From contig NZ_LN831039.1 of assembly GCF_001457595.1 (NCBI RefSeq), positions 1 to 32,000 on the forward strand: a stretch of DNA of 32,000 bases, given 5' to 3'. The stretch is from Mycolicibacterium smegmatis (GTDB taxonomy: Bacteria; Actinomycetota; Actinomycetes; Mycobacteriales; Mycobacteriaceae). Positions 1-14,923 of the stretch are shown here, piece after piece (the stretch's first letter is position 1; each line of letters opens with the position of its first letter). The notes under the pieces were generated by a model. The model searched no databases. It was not told the origin of the DNA and saw only the letters and a program-made list of their open reading frames with translations. The position numbers and the translations under genes were made by a program.

Positions 1-1515
1 TTGACTGCTGACCCCGACCCACCGTTCGTCGCCGTCTGGAACAGCGTCGTCGCCGAGCTCAACGGGGACGTCAACGGAGATCGCCAGGGCGATCCGTCGC
101 TTCCGGTGCTCACTCCGCAGCAAAGGGCCTGGCTCAAGCTGGTCAAACCCCTGGTGATCGCCGAGGGGTTTGCCCTGCTGTCGGTTCCGACGCCGTTCGT
201 GCAGAACGAGATCGAGCGCCACCTGCGGGAACCCATCGTCACCGCGCTCAGCCGCAAGCTCGGCCAGCGCGTGGAACTGGGCGTTCGCATCGCGACGCCC
301 ACCGACGAGCCCGAGGACGCACCCGACAGCTTCGCCGATTCGCCGGCCCCGGCTTCGGTTCCGGCGGGACCGGCCGACGCCGACGAGATCGACGACGACC
401 GCGACGCCCGGGTCAACGCCCAGGAGAGCTGGCCGAAGTACTTCAGCCGTCCCGAGCCGGACACCTCGTCGGACGATTCGAACGCGGTGAACCTCAACCG
501 CCGCTACACGTTCGACACGTTCGTGATCGGGGCGTCCAACCGGTTCGCGCACGCCGCGACGCTCGCGATCGCCGAGGCGCCGGCGCGGGCCTACAACCCG
601 TTGTTCATCTGGGGCGAGTCGGGTCTGGGCAAGACGCACCTGCTGCACGCGGCCGGGAACTATGCGCAACGTCTCTTCCCGGGTATGCGTGTCAAGTACG
701 TCTCAACCGAAGAGTTCACCAACGACTTCATCAACTCGCTGCGTGACGACCGCAAGGCGTCGTTCAAGCGCAGCTACCGCGACATCGACATCCTGCTGGT
801 CGACGACATCCAGTTCATCGAGGGCAAGGAAGGCATCCAGGAGGAGTTCTTCCACACCTTCAACACGCTGCACAACTCGAACAAGCAGATCGTGATCTCG
901 TCGGACCGGCCGCCGAAGCAGCTCGCGACGCTCGAGGACCGGTTGCGCACGCGGTTCGAATGGGGCCTCATCACCGATGTCCAGCCGCCCGAGTTGGAGA
1001 CGCGCATCGCGATCCTGCGCAAGAAGGCGCAGATGGATCGCCTCGACGTGCCCGATGATGTGCTCGAGCTCATCGCCAGCAGCATCGAGCGCAACATCCG
1101 CGAGCTCGAAGGTGCGCTGATCCGTGTCACGGCGTTCGCGTCGCTCAACAAGACCCGCATCGACCGGTCGCTGGCCGAGGTCGTGCTGCGGGATCTGATC
1201 GCCGACGCCACCACGATGCAGATCAGCACCGCGGCCATCATGGCGGTGACCGCCGAGTACTTCGAGACCACGGTCGAGGAGTTGCGCGGCCCGGGCAAGA
1301 CCAGGGCGCTGGCCCAGTCTCGCCAGATCGCGATGTACCTGTGCCGTGAGCTCACCGACCTGTCGCTGCCCAAGATCGGTCAGGCGTTCGGCCGTGACCA
1401 CACCACGGTGATGTACGCCGAGAAGAAGATCCGCGGCGAGATGGCCGAGCGCCGTGAGGTGTTCGACCACGTCAAGGAACTCACCACGCGCATCCGCCAG
1501 CGCGCCAAGCGCTGA
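1..1515 (+). CDS. dnaA: Chromosomal replication initiator protein DnaA (TTG start, 504 aa)
   Basis: AAA+ Walker [14 protein letters not shown], Walker [12 protein letters not shown]-terminal DnaA signature [14 protein letters not shown]; followed by dnaN. Confidence 0.98.
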   Translation: MTADPDPPFVAVWNSVVAELNGDVNGDRQGDPSLPVLTPQQRAWLKLVKPLVIAEGFALLSVPTPFVQNEIERHLREPIVTALSRKLGQRVELGVRIATPTDEPEDAPDSFADSPAPASVPAGPADADEIDDDRDARVNAQESWPKYFSRPEPDTSSDDSNAVNLNRRYTFDTFVIGASNRFAHAATLAIAEAPARAYNPLFIWGESGLGKTHLLHAAGNYAQRLFPGMRVKYVSTEEFTNDFINSLRDDRKASFKRSYRDIDILLVDDIQFIEGKEGIQEEFFHTFNTLHNSNKQIVISSDRPPKQLATLEDRLRTRFEWGLITDVQPPELETRIAILRKKAQMDRLDVPDDVLELIASSIERNIRELEGALIRVTAFASLNKTRIDRSLAEVVLRDLIADATTMQISTAAIMAVTAEYFETTVEELRGPGKTRALAQSRQIAMYLCRELTDLSLPKIGQAFGRDHTTVMYAEKKIRGEMAERREVFDHVKELTTRIRQRAKR

Positions 1516-2109
1516 GCTCGGAAACTCAGCCCACACGGATGCCCCGGGACTCCCCCGGGGCATCCGTCGTCTACGGACCCGTTCCGACCCGGTTTCGATG
1601 ACGCCTGACCGAAATTTTTTGTGAGCAACTTCTGTCACACGCGTGCCTGCCGTCACGCTCGGCGGCTGTGGATACCGATGTGCAGAACCTGCGCGCAAAC
1701 CACAGGATGACTACGGAATCTCTCCACACCTGCGCGACGATCCACAGTGCCGGCGGAGTTCATCAACCGCTCTCCACACACCACTCACACCGCGACACAC
1801 CGAGGATGCTGGGCAAACAGGCGTTCATCCCCAGATTCCACAGCACCTATTACTGTTACTCGAATATCTTTCAAGGATTCTCTTCAGAAGAAGCGCCCTG
1901 GGGAGATCGGGATCGTTCGCCTCGAGAGACGTCCCCGGTCATCCGCATGTCGGCCCGATCGATTAGCTTTCAAGTTGGTGCGGAAAGCTCTACGGTGTTT
2001 CATCGACGGCGGTTCTGTGAGCGTGTCATTCGGTGTGCCACCGATGGTGCTTTCGAGGAACCTGCTGCTTAGAGCTCATTGCGGGGATTATCGAAGGGGC
2101 GCATAGGAC
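1516..2109. other. Putative oriC (dnaA-dnaN intergenic region)
   Basis: Non-coding ~590 bp between dnaA and dnaN with several DnaA-box-like 9-mers containing TCCACA: GTATCCACA (minus, 1667-1675), CTCTCCACA (1720-1728), CGATCCACA (1738-1746), CTCTCCACA (1770-1778), GATTCCACA (1834-1842), then an AT-richer stretch (~1845-1880). Confidence 0.85.
1537..1565 (+). terminator. Intrinsic-terminator-like hairpin after dnaA (no U-tract)
   Basis: Perfect 12-bp inverted repeat GGATGCCCCGGG / CCCGGGGCATCC with loop ACTCC, 22 nt after the dnaA stop. Confidence 0.7.
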
Positions 2110-3303
2110 GTGGCGACGACGACGGCTGGGCTGACCGACTTGAAGTTTCGCGTCGTCCGCGAGGACTTCGCGGATGCGGTGGCCTGGGTAGCCCGCAGCT
2201 TGCCGACCCGGCCCACCATCCCGGTGTTGGCAGGCGTCCTGCTGACCGGCACCGATGAGGGCCTGACGATCTCGGGGTTCGACTACGAGGTCTCGGCCGA
2301 GGTCAAGGTGAGCGCTGAAATCGCTTCCGCCGGAAGCGTTCTGGTGTCCGGACGGCTACTGTCCGACATCACCAAGGCGCTGCCCGCCAAGCCCGTCGAG
2401 GTCAGCGTCGAGGGCACCCGCGTGTCCCTGACCTGCGGCAGCGCGCGCTTCTCGCTGCCGACGCTCGCGGTCGAGGACTACCCGGCGCTGCCTGCGCTGC
2501 CCGAGGAGACCGGTGTGATCGCGTCGGATCTGTTCGCCGAGGCCATCGGCCAGGTGGCGGTGGCGGCAGGCCGCGACGACACGCTGCCGATGCTGACCGG
2601 TATCCGCGTGGAGATCTCCGGCGAGTCCGTGGTGCTCGCCGCGACCGACCGGTTCCGTCTCGCGGTGCGTGAGCTCACATGGGTCACCACGGCAGGTGAC
2701 GTCGAGGCCGCGGTGCTGGTGCCGGCGAAGACGCTGGCCGAGGCCGCCAAGGCCGGCACGGACGGAAACCAGGTGCATCTGGCGCTGGGGTCCGGTGCGT
2801 CGGTCGGCAAGGACGGTCTGCTGGGTATCCGCAGCGAGGGCAAGCGCAGCACGACGCGCCTGCTCGACGCCGAGTTCCCGAAGTTCCGCCAGCTGCTGCC
2901 CGCCGAGCACACCGCGGTCGCCACGATCGGTGTCGCCGAACTCACCGAGGCGATCAAGCGTGTGGCCCTCGTGGCCGATCGTGGCGCCCAGATCCGCATG
3001 GAGTTCAGCGACGACACGCTCAAGCTGTCCGCGGGCGCCGACGACGTGGGCCGCGCCGAGGAAGACCTCCCGGTGGATTTCGCCGGCGAGCCGCTCACCA
3101 TCGCGTTCAACCCGACGTATCTCACCGACGGCCTGGGGTCGCTGCACTCCGAGCGTGTGACCTTCGGGTTCACCACGCCGAGCCGTCCTGCGGTGTTGCG
3201 GCCGGCAGGCGAGGATGATGGAGCCAACGGTGGTTCGGGTCCGTTCCCGGCCGCCAAGACGGATTACGTGTATCTGCTGATGCCGGTGCGGCTTCCGGGC
3301 TGA
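2110..3303 (+). CDS. dnaN: DNA polymerase III subunit beta (sliding clamp), GTG start
   Basis: 397 aa, begins [42 protein letters not shown], ends [10 protein letters not shown]; position between dnaA and recF. Confidence 0.97.
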
Positions 3304-3331
3304 CCGGCCACGCCGGAGGGGAAGGGCGCGT

Positions 3332-4225
3332 ATGCAACTCGGGTTGATCGGCCTGGGCAAGATGGGCTTCAACATGCGCGAACGTCTGCGCGAAGCCGGC
3401 CACGAGGTGATCGGATACGACCCGCGGCCCGAGGTCAGCGATGTCGCGAACCTCGAGGAACTCGCCGGTGCACTGTCGGCGCCGCGGGTCGTGTGGGTGA
3501 TGGTGCCGTCGGGCACGATCACCCACAGCACCATCGTGGAACTCGCGGGCGTGCTCAGTCCCGGTGATCTGGTGATCGACGGCGGCAACTCGCGCTACAC
3601 CGAGGACGGTCCGCACGCAGAACTGTTGGGCGAGAAGGGCATCAGCTTCATCGATGCCGGTGTGTCCGGTGGCATCTGGGGCCTGACCGAGGGTTACGGC
3701 CTGATGGTCGGCGGCAGTGACGACGACGTGGCTCGAGCCATGCCGATCTTCGACGCGCTGCGTCCGCCGGGTGATGTCGCCGACGGTTTCGTCCATGCCG
3801 GCCCGGTGGGTGCGGGCCACTACGCCAAGATGGTCCACAACGGCATCGAGTACGGCCTGATGCACGCCTACGCCGAGGGCTACGAACTGCTGGCGGCCGA
3901 GGAACTCATCAAGGACCCGCAGGCGGTGATCCAGGCGTGGAGCAACGGCACCGTGGTGCGGTCGTGGTTGCAGTCGCTATTGGCCAAGGCACTCAAGGAG
4001 GATCCGGGTTTCGCCGAGATCAGCGGTTACACCGAGGATTCCGGTGAGGGACGCTGGACCGTCGAGGAGGCCATCGCCCACCGGGTCCCGATGCCGGTGA
4101 TCGCGGCGTCGCTGTTCGCCCGGTTCGCCTCGAGGCAGGAAGACTCGCCGACCATGAAGGCCGTCTCGGCGTTGCGCAACCAGTTCGGTGGTCATGCCGT
4201 CAAGCGGATCAGCGAGTCGGGTTAG
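3332..4225 (+). CDS. gnd: 6-phosphogluconate dehydrogenase (decarboxylating), short form
   Basis: 297 aa, MQLGLIGLGKMGFNMRERL Rossmann start, IDGGNSRYTED, VGAGHYAKMVHNGIEYGLM motifs. Confidence 0.93.
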   Translation: MQLGLIGLGKMGFNMRERLREAGHEVIGYDPRPEVSDVANLEELAGALSAPRVVWVMVPSGTITHSTIVELAGVLSPGDLVIDGGNSRYTEDGPHAELLGEKGISFIDAGVSGGIWGLTEGYGLMVGGSDDDVARAMPIFDALRPPGDVADGFVHAGPVGAGHYAKMVHNGIEYGLMHAYAEGYELLAAEELIKDPQAVIQAWSNGTVVRSWLQSLLAKALKEDPGFAEISGYTEDSGEGRWTVEEAIAHRVPMPVIAASLFARFASRQEDSPTMKAVSALRNQFGGHAVKRISESG

Positions 4226-4234
4226 GCAGATGGC

Positions 4235-5389
4235 ATGTTTGTCCGGCATCTCGGACTGACCGATTTCCGGTCGTGGGCACGGGTCGATCTCGATCTGGAG
4301 CCGGGGCGCACCGTCTTCGTCGGCCCCAACGGTTTCGGAAAGACGAATCTTGTTGAGGCGCTGTGGTATTCGGCGACGCTCGGATCTCATCGGGTGGCCA
4401 CCGACGCGCCGTTGATCCGTGCGGGTGCCGAACGCGCGATCGTGTCGACCATCGTCGTCAACGAGGGCCGCGAACTCGCGGTGGATCTCGAGATCACCAG
4501 CGGCCGGGCGAACAAGGCCCGGATGAATCGCTCCCCGGTGCGCAGTGCCCGCGAGATCCTCGGCGTGCTGCGCGCGGTGCTGTTCAGCCCCGAGGATCTC
4601 TCGCTGGTGCGCGGGGATCCGGGTGACCGCAGGCGTTACCTCGACGAACTCGCGACCACGCGCCGTCCGGCCCTCGCGGGTGTGCGCGCGGATTACGACA
4701 AGGTGGTGCGCCAACGCACGGCGTTGCTGAAAACCGCTGCGGGAGCACGTTATCGGGGCGACCGCAGCGTGATCGACACGCTCGAGGTGTGGGACGGGCA
4801 CCTTGCCGCGCACGGCGCGGCGCTGGTGGCGTCGCGCGTGAAACTCGTCGAGGAACTGCAGCCAGAGGTGGAGAAGGCCTACCAACTGCTCGCACCGGCC
4901 TCGCGTCCCGCGGCCATCCGGTACCGCAGCAGTGTCGAGGCCATCGAGAACGCGCCGGGCCCCGAGAGCGTGGAGTTCTACGAGGCCGCGCTGCTCGACG
5001 CACTGGCGCGCCGCCGTGATGCCGAGCTCGAGCGTGGTGTGTGCCTCGTTGGGCCCCACCGCGACGACCTGGAACTGCGTCTCGGTGACCAGCCCGCGAA
5101 AGGCTTTGCCAGCCATGGGGAATCGTGGTCGATGGCGCTGGCACTGCGACTCGGCGCCTATGAACTGCTGTGCTCCGACGGCGTCGAGCCGGTGCTGCTC
5201 CTCGACGACGTGTTCGCCGAACTCGACACCTCGAGGCGGCGTGCGCTGGCCACCGTGGCCGGCTCGGCCGAGCAGGTTCTGGTGACTGCCGCTGTGGGCG
5301 AAGACATTCCGGAGGACTGGGACGCGCGTCGCGTCCAGATCCGGATGGTCGAGGACGACGGCGGACGCGTGTCGATGGTGGCCTCGTGA
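4235..5389 (+). CDS. recF: DNA replication and repair protein RecF
   Basis: 384 aa, [14 protein letters not shown], Walker [28 protein letters not shown] and [13 protein letters not shown] motifs. Confidence 0.97.
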   Translation: MFVRHLGLTDFRSWARVDLDLEPGRTVFVGPNGFGKTNLVEALWYSATLGSHRVATDAPLIRAGAERAIVSTIVVNEGRELAVDLEITSGRANKARMNRSPVRSAREILGVLRAVLFSPEDLSLVRGDPGDRRRYLDELATTRRPALAGVRADYDKVVRQRTALLKTAAGARYRGDRSVIDTLEVWDGHLAAHGAALVASRVKLVEELQPEVEKAYQLLAPASRPAAIRYRSSVEAIENAPGPESVEFYEAALLDALARRRDAELERGVCLVGPHRDDLELRLGDQPAKGFASHGESWSMALALRLGAYELLCSDGVEPVLLLDDVFAELDTSRRRALATVAGSAEQVLVTAAVGEDIPEDWDARRVQIRMVEDDGGRVSMVAS

Positions 5390-5970
5390 CCGGGCCCTTC
5401 GACGGCGACGGTCCCGAGCAGGACGCGCCGGTCCCCGCTCCCCCGGATCATCTGGCGGATCTGCGCGGTATCGATCTGGTGCGTCGCACGCTCGAGGAGG
5501 CCCGCGGTGCGGCACGCAGCCAGGGCAAGGATGTCGGCCGCGGCCGCAGCGGCCCGGTCCGCCGAGTTGCCGGGAACCGCAGGCGCAGAACCTGGTCGGG
5601 GCCGGGACCCGACGCGCGGGACCCGCAATTGTTCGGTGCGGTCACCCAGGACCTCGCGAAATCACGCGGGTGGAGCGCGCGCGTCGCGGAGGGCTCGGTG
5701 TTCGGCCGGTGGCGCGCCGTGGTCGGTGACCAGATCGCCGATCATGCGACCCCGACGGCGCTCAACGAAGGCGTGTTGACCGTGACTGCCGAGTCGACGG
5801 CGTGGGCCACGCAGCTGCGGATGGTGCAGTCACAGCTGCTGGCCAAGATCGCCGCGGTGGTCGGCGACGGTGTGGTGACGACGTTGAAGATCGTCGGGCC
5901 CACGGGTCCGTCGTGGCGGAAGGGCCGCTACCACGTCTCCGGACGCGGGCCCCGCGACACGTACGGGTGA
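5386..5970 (+). CDS. dciA: DciA-family (DUF721) protein, putative replicative helicase loader
   Basis: In-frame GTG at 5386 overlaps the recF stop (GTGA). C-terminal half ([45 protein letters not shown]) is typical DUF721; conserved synteny recF-DUF721-gyrB. The track start at 5170 lies inside recF and is rejected. Confidence 0.88.
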   Translation: MTGPFDGDGPEQDAPVPAPPDHLADLRGIDLVRRTLEEARGAARSQGKDVGRGRSGPVRRVAGNRRRRTWSGPGPDARDPQLFGAVTQDLAKSRGWSARVAEGSVFGRWRAVVGDQIADHATPTALNEGVLTVTAESTAWATQLRMVQSQLLAKIAAVVGDGVVTTLKIVGPTGPSWRKGRYHVSGRGPRDTYG

Positions 5971-6084
5971 GGCGCGTCACACCTCCTGCCAGGTCGCGCT
6001 CAGAGCCGCCACAGGCCTTGCAAGGGTGCGCTGAAGCGTCCTCACGCTCGGATGGCCGAGAAATTACGCACACGGCGCAACTAG

Positions 6085-8229
<2,145 letters not shown>

Positions 8230-8258
8230 CCCGCGATCCGACAATCGAGGATTGATTC

Positions 8259-10787
<2,529 letters not shown>

Positions 10788-10839
10788 TGGAAACGCTGAG
10801 GTCCCCGAAAGGTCCTCGGCCCGAGCTAAGGAGCTGTAG

Positions 10840-11622
10840 GTGAGTTCACCCAACGAGCCGGGATACCCGCGCGCGGGGGACCGGCCGGGCGCCACCAACG
10901 GCACGGGTCCGGGCGGCGACAGCGGAGCCCTCAGCAGCAACTCGACGCGGGCCACGGGGCACATCACCGATTCCGGTGACGTGCCCCCGTGGCAGCGCGG
11001 GGTCTCCCGCACCGCTCAGCAACCTGGTCAGCCGCTCGGCGACACCGAGCAGCAGCCCCGTCCCGCGCCGAGGCCCGAGCCCCGCGAGACCCGCCAGGAG
11101 CCGCGGTCTGAACATCGCACCGAGGCCTACGCGAGCGAGTTGCCGGACCTCTCGGGCCCGGTCCCCCGCTCACCGCAGCGCAAGACCGGGACCGACGCGC
11201 CCCGGGCATCGGCGCCCACCACCCGCATCCAGGTGGCCAACCGGCCGCAGCCGTCGGGACCGGTGCGCGCCAGCATGCAGATCCGCCGGGTGGATCCGTG
11301 GACCGTGCTGAAGGTCTCACTGGTGCTCTCGGTCGTGCTGTTCTTCGTATGGATGATCGCCGTGGCGTTCCTCTACCTGGTGCTCGGCGGCATGGGCGTG
11401 TGGAGCAAGCTCAACAGCAATGTCGGCGACCTGCTGACGAGCGCGAGCGGCAGTTCGGGCGGTGAGCTGGTCTCCAGCGGCACGATCTTCGGCGGCGCGG
11501 CCCTCATCGGCCTGGTCAACATCGTCGTTCTCAGCGCGATGGCGACCGTCGGCGCGTTCATCTACAACCTCACGACAGATCTCGTCGGGGGTATCGAAGT
11601 GACGTTGGCGGATCGGGATTGA
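10840..11622 (+). CDS. DUF3566-family membrane protein with long Pro/Arg-rich N-terminus
   Basis: 260 aa; disordered N-terminus, then [46 protein letters not shown] and a second TM segment; positional equivalent of the gene between gyrA and tRNA-Ile in mycobacteria. Confidence 0.85.
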   Translation: MSSPNEPGYPRAGDRPGATNGTGPGGDSGALSSNSTRATGHITDSGDVPPWQRGVSRTAQQPGQPLGDTEQQPRPAPRPEPRETRQEPRSEHRTEAYASELPDLSGPVPRSPQRKTGTDAPRASAPTTRIQVANRPQPSGPVRASMQIRRVDPWTVLKVSLVLSVVLFFVWMIAVAFLYLVLGGMGVWSKLNSNVGDLLTSASGSSGGELVSSGTIFGGAALIGLVNIVVLSAMATVGAFIYNLTTDLVGGIEVTLADRD

Positions 11623-11682
11623 ACCGTTTTGGAGAACCGCCCCTCAGTGGGGTAATCTCGCTGCTCGGTTGATCCACTATTC

Positions 11683-11756
11683 GGGCCTATAGCTCAGGCG
11701 GTTAGAGCGCTTCGCTGATAACGAAGAGGTCGGAGGTTCGAGTCCTCCTAGGCCCA
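11683..11756 (+). tRNA. tRNA-Ile (anticodon GAT), no encoded CCA
   Basis: Cloverleaf GGGCCTATAGCTCAGGCGGTTAGAGCGCTTCGCTGATAACGAAGAGGTCGGAGGTTCGAGTCCTCCTAGGCCCA; 7-bp acceptor GGGCCTA/TAGGCCC. Confidence 0.97.
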
Positions 11757-11794
11757 CGACGCCGGTCTGCCGGTGATCACCGAAAGGGTGTGCC

Positions 11795-11887
11795 ATGCGG
11801 TTTGTGGTGTTGGCTGTTGTGGCGGCTGTGGCGGTGAGCGTCTGGCGATCACGACACGGCCAAGAGGTTTGGCATCAGGCCGGTTGA
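11795..11887 (+). CDS. Small membrane protein, DLW-39-like (30 aa)
   Basis: ATG at 11795 preceded by GAAAGG; MRFVVLAVVAAVAVSVWRSRHGQEVWHQAG stop; hydrophobic N-terminus, WRSRHGQEVW tail, located between tRNA-Ile and tRNA-Ala as DLW-39-type proteins often are. Below the ORF-track size cutoff. Confidence 0.55.
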   Translation: MRFVVLAVVAAVAVSVWRSRHGQEVWHQAG

Positions 11888-11906
11888 ACCGACCTGACAC
11901 CGGCTA

Positions 11907-11979
11907 GGGGCCTTAGCTCAGTTGGTAGAGCGCTGCCTTTGCAAGGCAGATGTCAGGAGTTCGAATCTCCTAGGCTCCA
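11907..11979 (+). tRNA. tRNA-Ala (anticodon TGC), no encoded CCA
   Basis: Cloverleaf GGGGCCTTAGCTCAGTTGGTAGAGCGCTGCCTTTGCAAGGCAGATGTCAGGAGTTCGAATCTCCTAGGCTCCA. Confidence 0.97.
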
Positions 11980-12000
11980 CAATCAAGAGAATCTCCAAGA

Positions 12001-12019
12001 GTTGGTTAGGTTACCCTCA
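12001..12019 (+). promoter_or_regulatory. Putative IdeR box upstream of the siderophore-interacting protein
   Basis: GTTGGTTAGGTTACCCTCA matches 14/19 of TTAGGTTAGGCTAACCTAA; ends 5 bp before the GTG start; TAGGTT could be a -10. Confidence 0.6.
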
Positions 12020-12024
12020 GCTGT

Positions 12025-12825
12025 GTGAGCTTCTCGTATGCGTCCGTCATCGAGACCAAGGCGCTCAACCCCCGGATGGTCCGGATCACCCTTCAGGTCG
12101 AGGACCCCGCTTCCCTCGACGTGCAGCAGGCCGCCGACTCGGCAGTCGCGGTCTTCATGCCCGGCACCGACGAGGGCCGCAACTACTCCGTACGCCGCCA
12201 GCGCGGCGATCTGCTCGACCTCGACGTGGTGCTGCACGCCCGCGGTGTGGGGACCGACTGGGCGGCGCGAACCCGGCCCGGTGACCGCGTCGGCCTCGAC
12301 CACGCACGCTCGTGGTACCGCCCGGACCCGGCCGCGCAGTGGCAGCTGTTGATCACCGACCTGTCCGGGCTGCCGGCCACCGCGCGCATCCTCGAAGAGT
12401 TGTCTCCGGAAGTCCCCGTGACGGTGATCGCCGAGGTCGCCGAAGCGCAGGATCTCGACTACCTGCCGGCGCATCCGCAGGCGCGGTTGGTCACGTCGAT
12501 CGGGACGGGTAACGGCAACGCGCCGAGCGAACTGGCCACGCTGGTGCGTGAGCTGGCCCTGCCGCGGGATCGCGGCTACTGCTGGTTCGCGGGTGAAGCC
12601 GCAGAGTCGCGCGCGGTCAGGAAGTATCTCAGGGGGCTGGGGTACCAGAACGAACAACTCGACATCACGGGTTACTGGAGGTTCGACTCCGAGACCTGGG
12701 ATGCCGCATTCGCTCTGGTGGAATCGGATGTGTTGGCGGTGTACGAGCGTGCACTCGCCGAAGGCAAGGGGGACAAAGTGGCTTTCGAGGAGTTCGACGA
12801 GGCCTGCGAGCGAATCGGTCTGTGA
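12025..12825 (+). CDS. Siderophore-interacting FAD-binding protein (putative ferric-exochelin reductase)
   Basis: 266 aa; FAD-domain motif GRNYSVR, PGDRVGLDHARSWYRP, GTGNGNAPSELATLVREL, YCWFAGEAAESRAVRKYLRG (SIP/ViuB family). Adjacent to siderophore ABC importer genes. Confidence 0.87.
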   Translation: MSFSYASVIETKALNPRMVRITLQVEDPASLDVQQAADSAVAVFMPGTDEGRNYSVRRQRGDLLDLDVVLHARGVGTDWAARTRPGDRVGLDHARSWYRPDPAAQWQLLITDLSGLPATARILEELSPEVPVTVIAEVAEAQDLDYLPAHPQARLVTSIGTGNGNAPSELATLVRELALPRDRGYCWFAGEAAESRAVRKYLRGLGYQNEQLDITGYWRFDSETWDAAFALVESDVLAVYERALAEGKGDKVAFEEFDEACERIGL

Positions 12826-12828
12826 TAG

Positions 12829-13860
12829 GTGATCACGCAGGCACCGCTCGCACCGCCGCGCGCCGCGCGTAACCACCGGGCTGTCGGACTGGCCGTCGCG
12901 ACAGTCGTTCTGGTCGCGATGTGCATCGCGAGCCTCGCGATCGGCACGCAGAACGTCTCGTTGTCCACGGTCTGGCAGGCCGTCACCGACTACCGCGACA
13001 TCGGCGACCAGTGGATCGTCCACGACCTGCGGATCCCGCGTACGGTGCTGGGTCTGCTGGTCGGCCTGGCCCTCGGACTCTCGGGCACCCTGATCCAGGC
13101 CGTGGGACGTAACCCGCTCGCCGATTCCGAGATCCTCGGCATCAACTCGGGTGCGGCGCTGTTCGTCGTCGCGGCCATCGCGTTCCTCGGGTTCAGCGGA
13201 ATCTGGACGTACATCGGATTCGCTTTTCTCGGAGCGCTTTTCGCGATGCTCATGGTGTACCTGATCGGCATGACCGGACGGGCCACCGTCACACCGGTCC
13301 GCGTGCTGCTCGCGGGGGTGGCGATCGGTGCCGTGATGGACGGTTTCGGATTCGTCATCAGACTGCAGAATCCGCGGGCGTTCGACAACATGCGCTTCTG
13401 GGATGCCGGCGCGCTCGACGGGAGACCGCTTGAGGTGGCCGGCGCGATCGCACCGTTCATCGCGGTCGGCGCCGTGTTGTGCCTCGTGGTGTCGCGCTCG
13501 CTGAACATCACCGCGCTTGGCGACGATCTTGCGAAGAGCATGGGCAGCAACGTCGTTCGTACCCAGGTGCTCAGCCTGACGGCGGTGACGCTGCTGGCCG
13601 GTGCGGCGACGGCAGGCGCCGGGCCGATCGGCTTCGTCGGCTTGATGGTGCCGCACGCGGTGCGGCGGTTCACCGGCCCGGACTGGCGGTGGGTCCTGGC
13701 GTACGCGACGGTGGTCGCGCCCAGTCTGATGCTGGCCGCCGACATCGTCGGCCGGGTCGTCATCCGGCCGTCGGAACTGCCCGCGGGCATCGTCACTGCT
13801 TTTCTCGGCGCCCCCGTACTCATCTGGCTCATCAGGCGTTCGAAGGCGGACCGCGCATGA
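12829..13860 (+). CDS. FecCD-family ferric-siderophore permease (exochelin uptake, fxu locus)
   Basis: 343 aa multi-TM; LRIPRTVLGLLVGLALGLSGTLIQAVGRNPLADSEILGINSGAALFVV is the classic FecCD motif. GTG start. Confidence 0.92.
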   Translation: MITQAPLAPPRAARNHRAVGLAVATVVLVAMCIASLAIGTQNVSLSTVWQAVTDYRDIGDQWIVHDLRIPRTVLGLLVGLALGLSGTLIQAVGRNPLADSEILGINSGAALFVVAAIAFLGFSGIWTYIGFAFLGALFAMLMVYLIGMTGRATVTPVRVLLAGVAIGAVMDGFGFVIRLQNPRAFDNMRFWDAGALDGRPLEVAGAIAPFIAVGAVLCLVVSRSLNITALGDDLAKSMGSNVVRTQVLSLTAVTLLAGAATAGAGPIGFVGLMVPHAVRRFTGPDWRWVLAYATVVAPSLMLAADIVGRVVIRPSELPAGIVTAFLGAPVLIWLIRRSKADRA

Positions 13861-14915
13861 CCGTCATCGATTTCGGGAAGCGCCAGTGCGTGGTTCGCGT
13901 CGGCAGCGCGTCGGCGCGCATGTCGTGGCGTGCGGTGATCGCGGTCGTCGCACTGCTGGTGGGTGCCTTCGTGGCCGCGGTTCTGGCGATCGGGATCGGC
14001 AAGTACCCCATCACACCTGTCGACGTGCTGCGTGTGCTGGTCGGCACGAACACCACGTTCGACCGTGTGGTGGTGCTCGAGTGGCGCATGCCGCGCATGC
14101 TCATGGCGCTGCTGATCGGTGCGGCGCTCGGGGTTTCCGGTGCGATCTTCCAGGCGCTGACGCGAAACCCGTTGGGCAGTCCGGACATCATCGGTGTGAA
14201 CGCCGGGGCCTACACCGGAGCGCTCGTCGCGCTGGCGGGGCTGGGGACCGGAGGGCAACACGGCGGGTACTACGCCGTGGCGGGCGGCGCGCTGGTCGGT
14301 GGGTTGATCACCGCCGCTGCGGTGTACGCACTGTCGTACCGCAACGGACTGGCCGGTTACCGCCTCATCGTGGTCGGCATCGGCGTGGGCGCCGTACTGA
14401 GTTCGGTCAACCAGTGGATCGTCATCAAGCTCGATCACCACACCGCGGTCACGGCCTCGGTGTGGCAGCAGGGCACCCTCAACGGCCTCACCTGGTCCCA
14501 GGTCGTCCCGATGACGGTGTGTCTTGCCGTCGTGACGGTCGCACTGCTCGCGATGGGCCCGCAGTTACCCGTTCTGCAGATGGGTGACGACGCGGCAGGT
14601 GGGCTCGGCGTCAACCCGGAACGGGTCCGCCTGTCCTATCTGGTCGCCGGCGTCGCGCTCGTGGCGTTGGCCTGCGCGGCGGCCGGGCCGATCTCCTTCG
14701 TGGCGCTGGCCGCCCCGCAACTGGCACGGCGACTCACCGCGAGTCCCGGCGTCGCACTGGTCCCCGCGGCCGCGATGGGCGCCGTGCTGCTGCTCGCGAG
14801 CGACCTCGTGGCCCAGCATCTGTTCACGGCCAACGAACTACCGGTGGGCGCGGTCACCGTATCGCTGGGCGGGATCTACCTGGTATATCTCCTTGTCACA
14901 CAGGCACGTCGGTGA
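13857..14915 (+). CDS. FecCD-family ferric-siderophore permease, second subunit (fxu locus)
   Basis: ATG at 13857 overlaps the previous stop (ATGA); 352 aa; WRMPRMLMALLIGAALGVSGAIFQALTRNPLGSPDIIGVNAGAYTG. Track start at 13479 lies within the previous gene and is rejected. Confidence 0.92.
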   Translation: MTVIDFGKRQCVVRVGSASARMSWRAVIAVVALLVGAFVAAVLAIGIGKYPITPVDVLRVLVGTNTTFDRVVVLEWRMPRMLMALLIGAALGVSGAIFQALTRNPLGSPDIIGVNAGAYTGALVALAGLGTGGQHGGYYAVAGGALVGGLITAAAVYALSYRNGLAGYRLIVVGIGVGAVLSSVNQWIVIKLDHHTAVTASVWQQGTLNGLTWSQVVPMTVCLAVVTVALLAMGPQLPVLQMGDDAAGGLGVNPERVRLSYLVAGVALVALACAAAGPISFVALAAPQLARRLTASPGVALVPAAAMGAVLLLASDLVAQHLFTANELPVGAVTVSLGGIYLVYLLVTQARR

Positions 14916-14923
14916 AAGAACAT

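Noticed and set aside
703-1698. 331-aa minus-strand ORF opposite dnaA
   Set aside because: Shadow ORF over DnaA coding sequence with no recognisable motif.
11623-11682. CCCC-TCAGT-GGGG inverted repeat before tRNA-Ile as a terminator
   Set aside because: Only a 4-bp stem with no U-tract; too weak to call.
13479-13856. N-terminal extension of the second FecCD permease
   Set aside because: Overlaps the first permease out of frame; start at ATG 13857 gives a standard-length FecCD protein.
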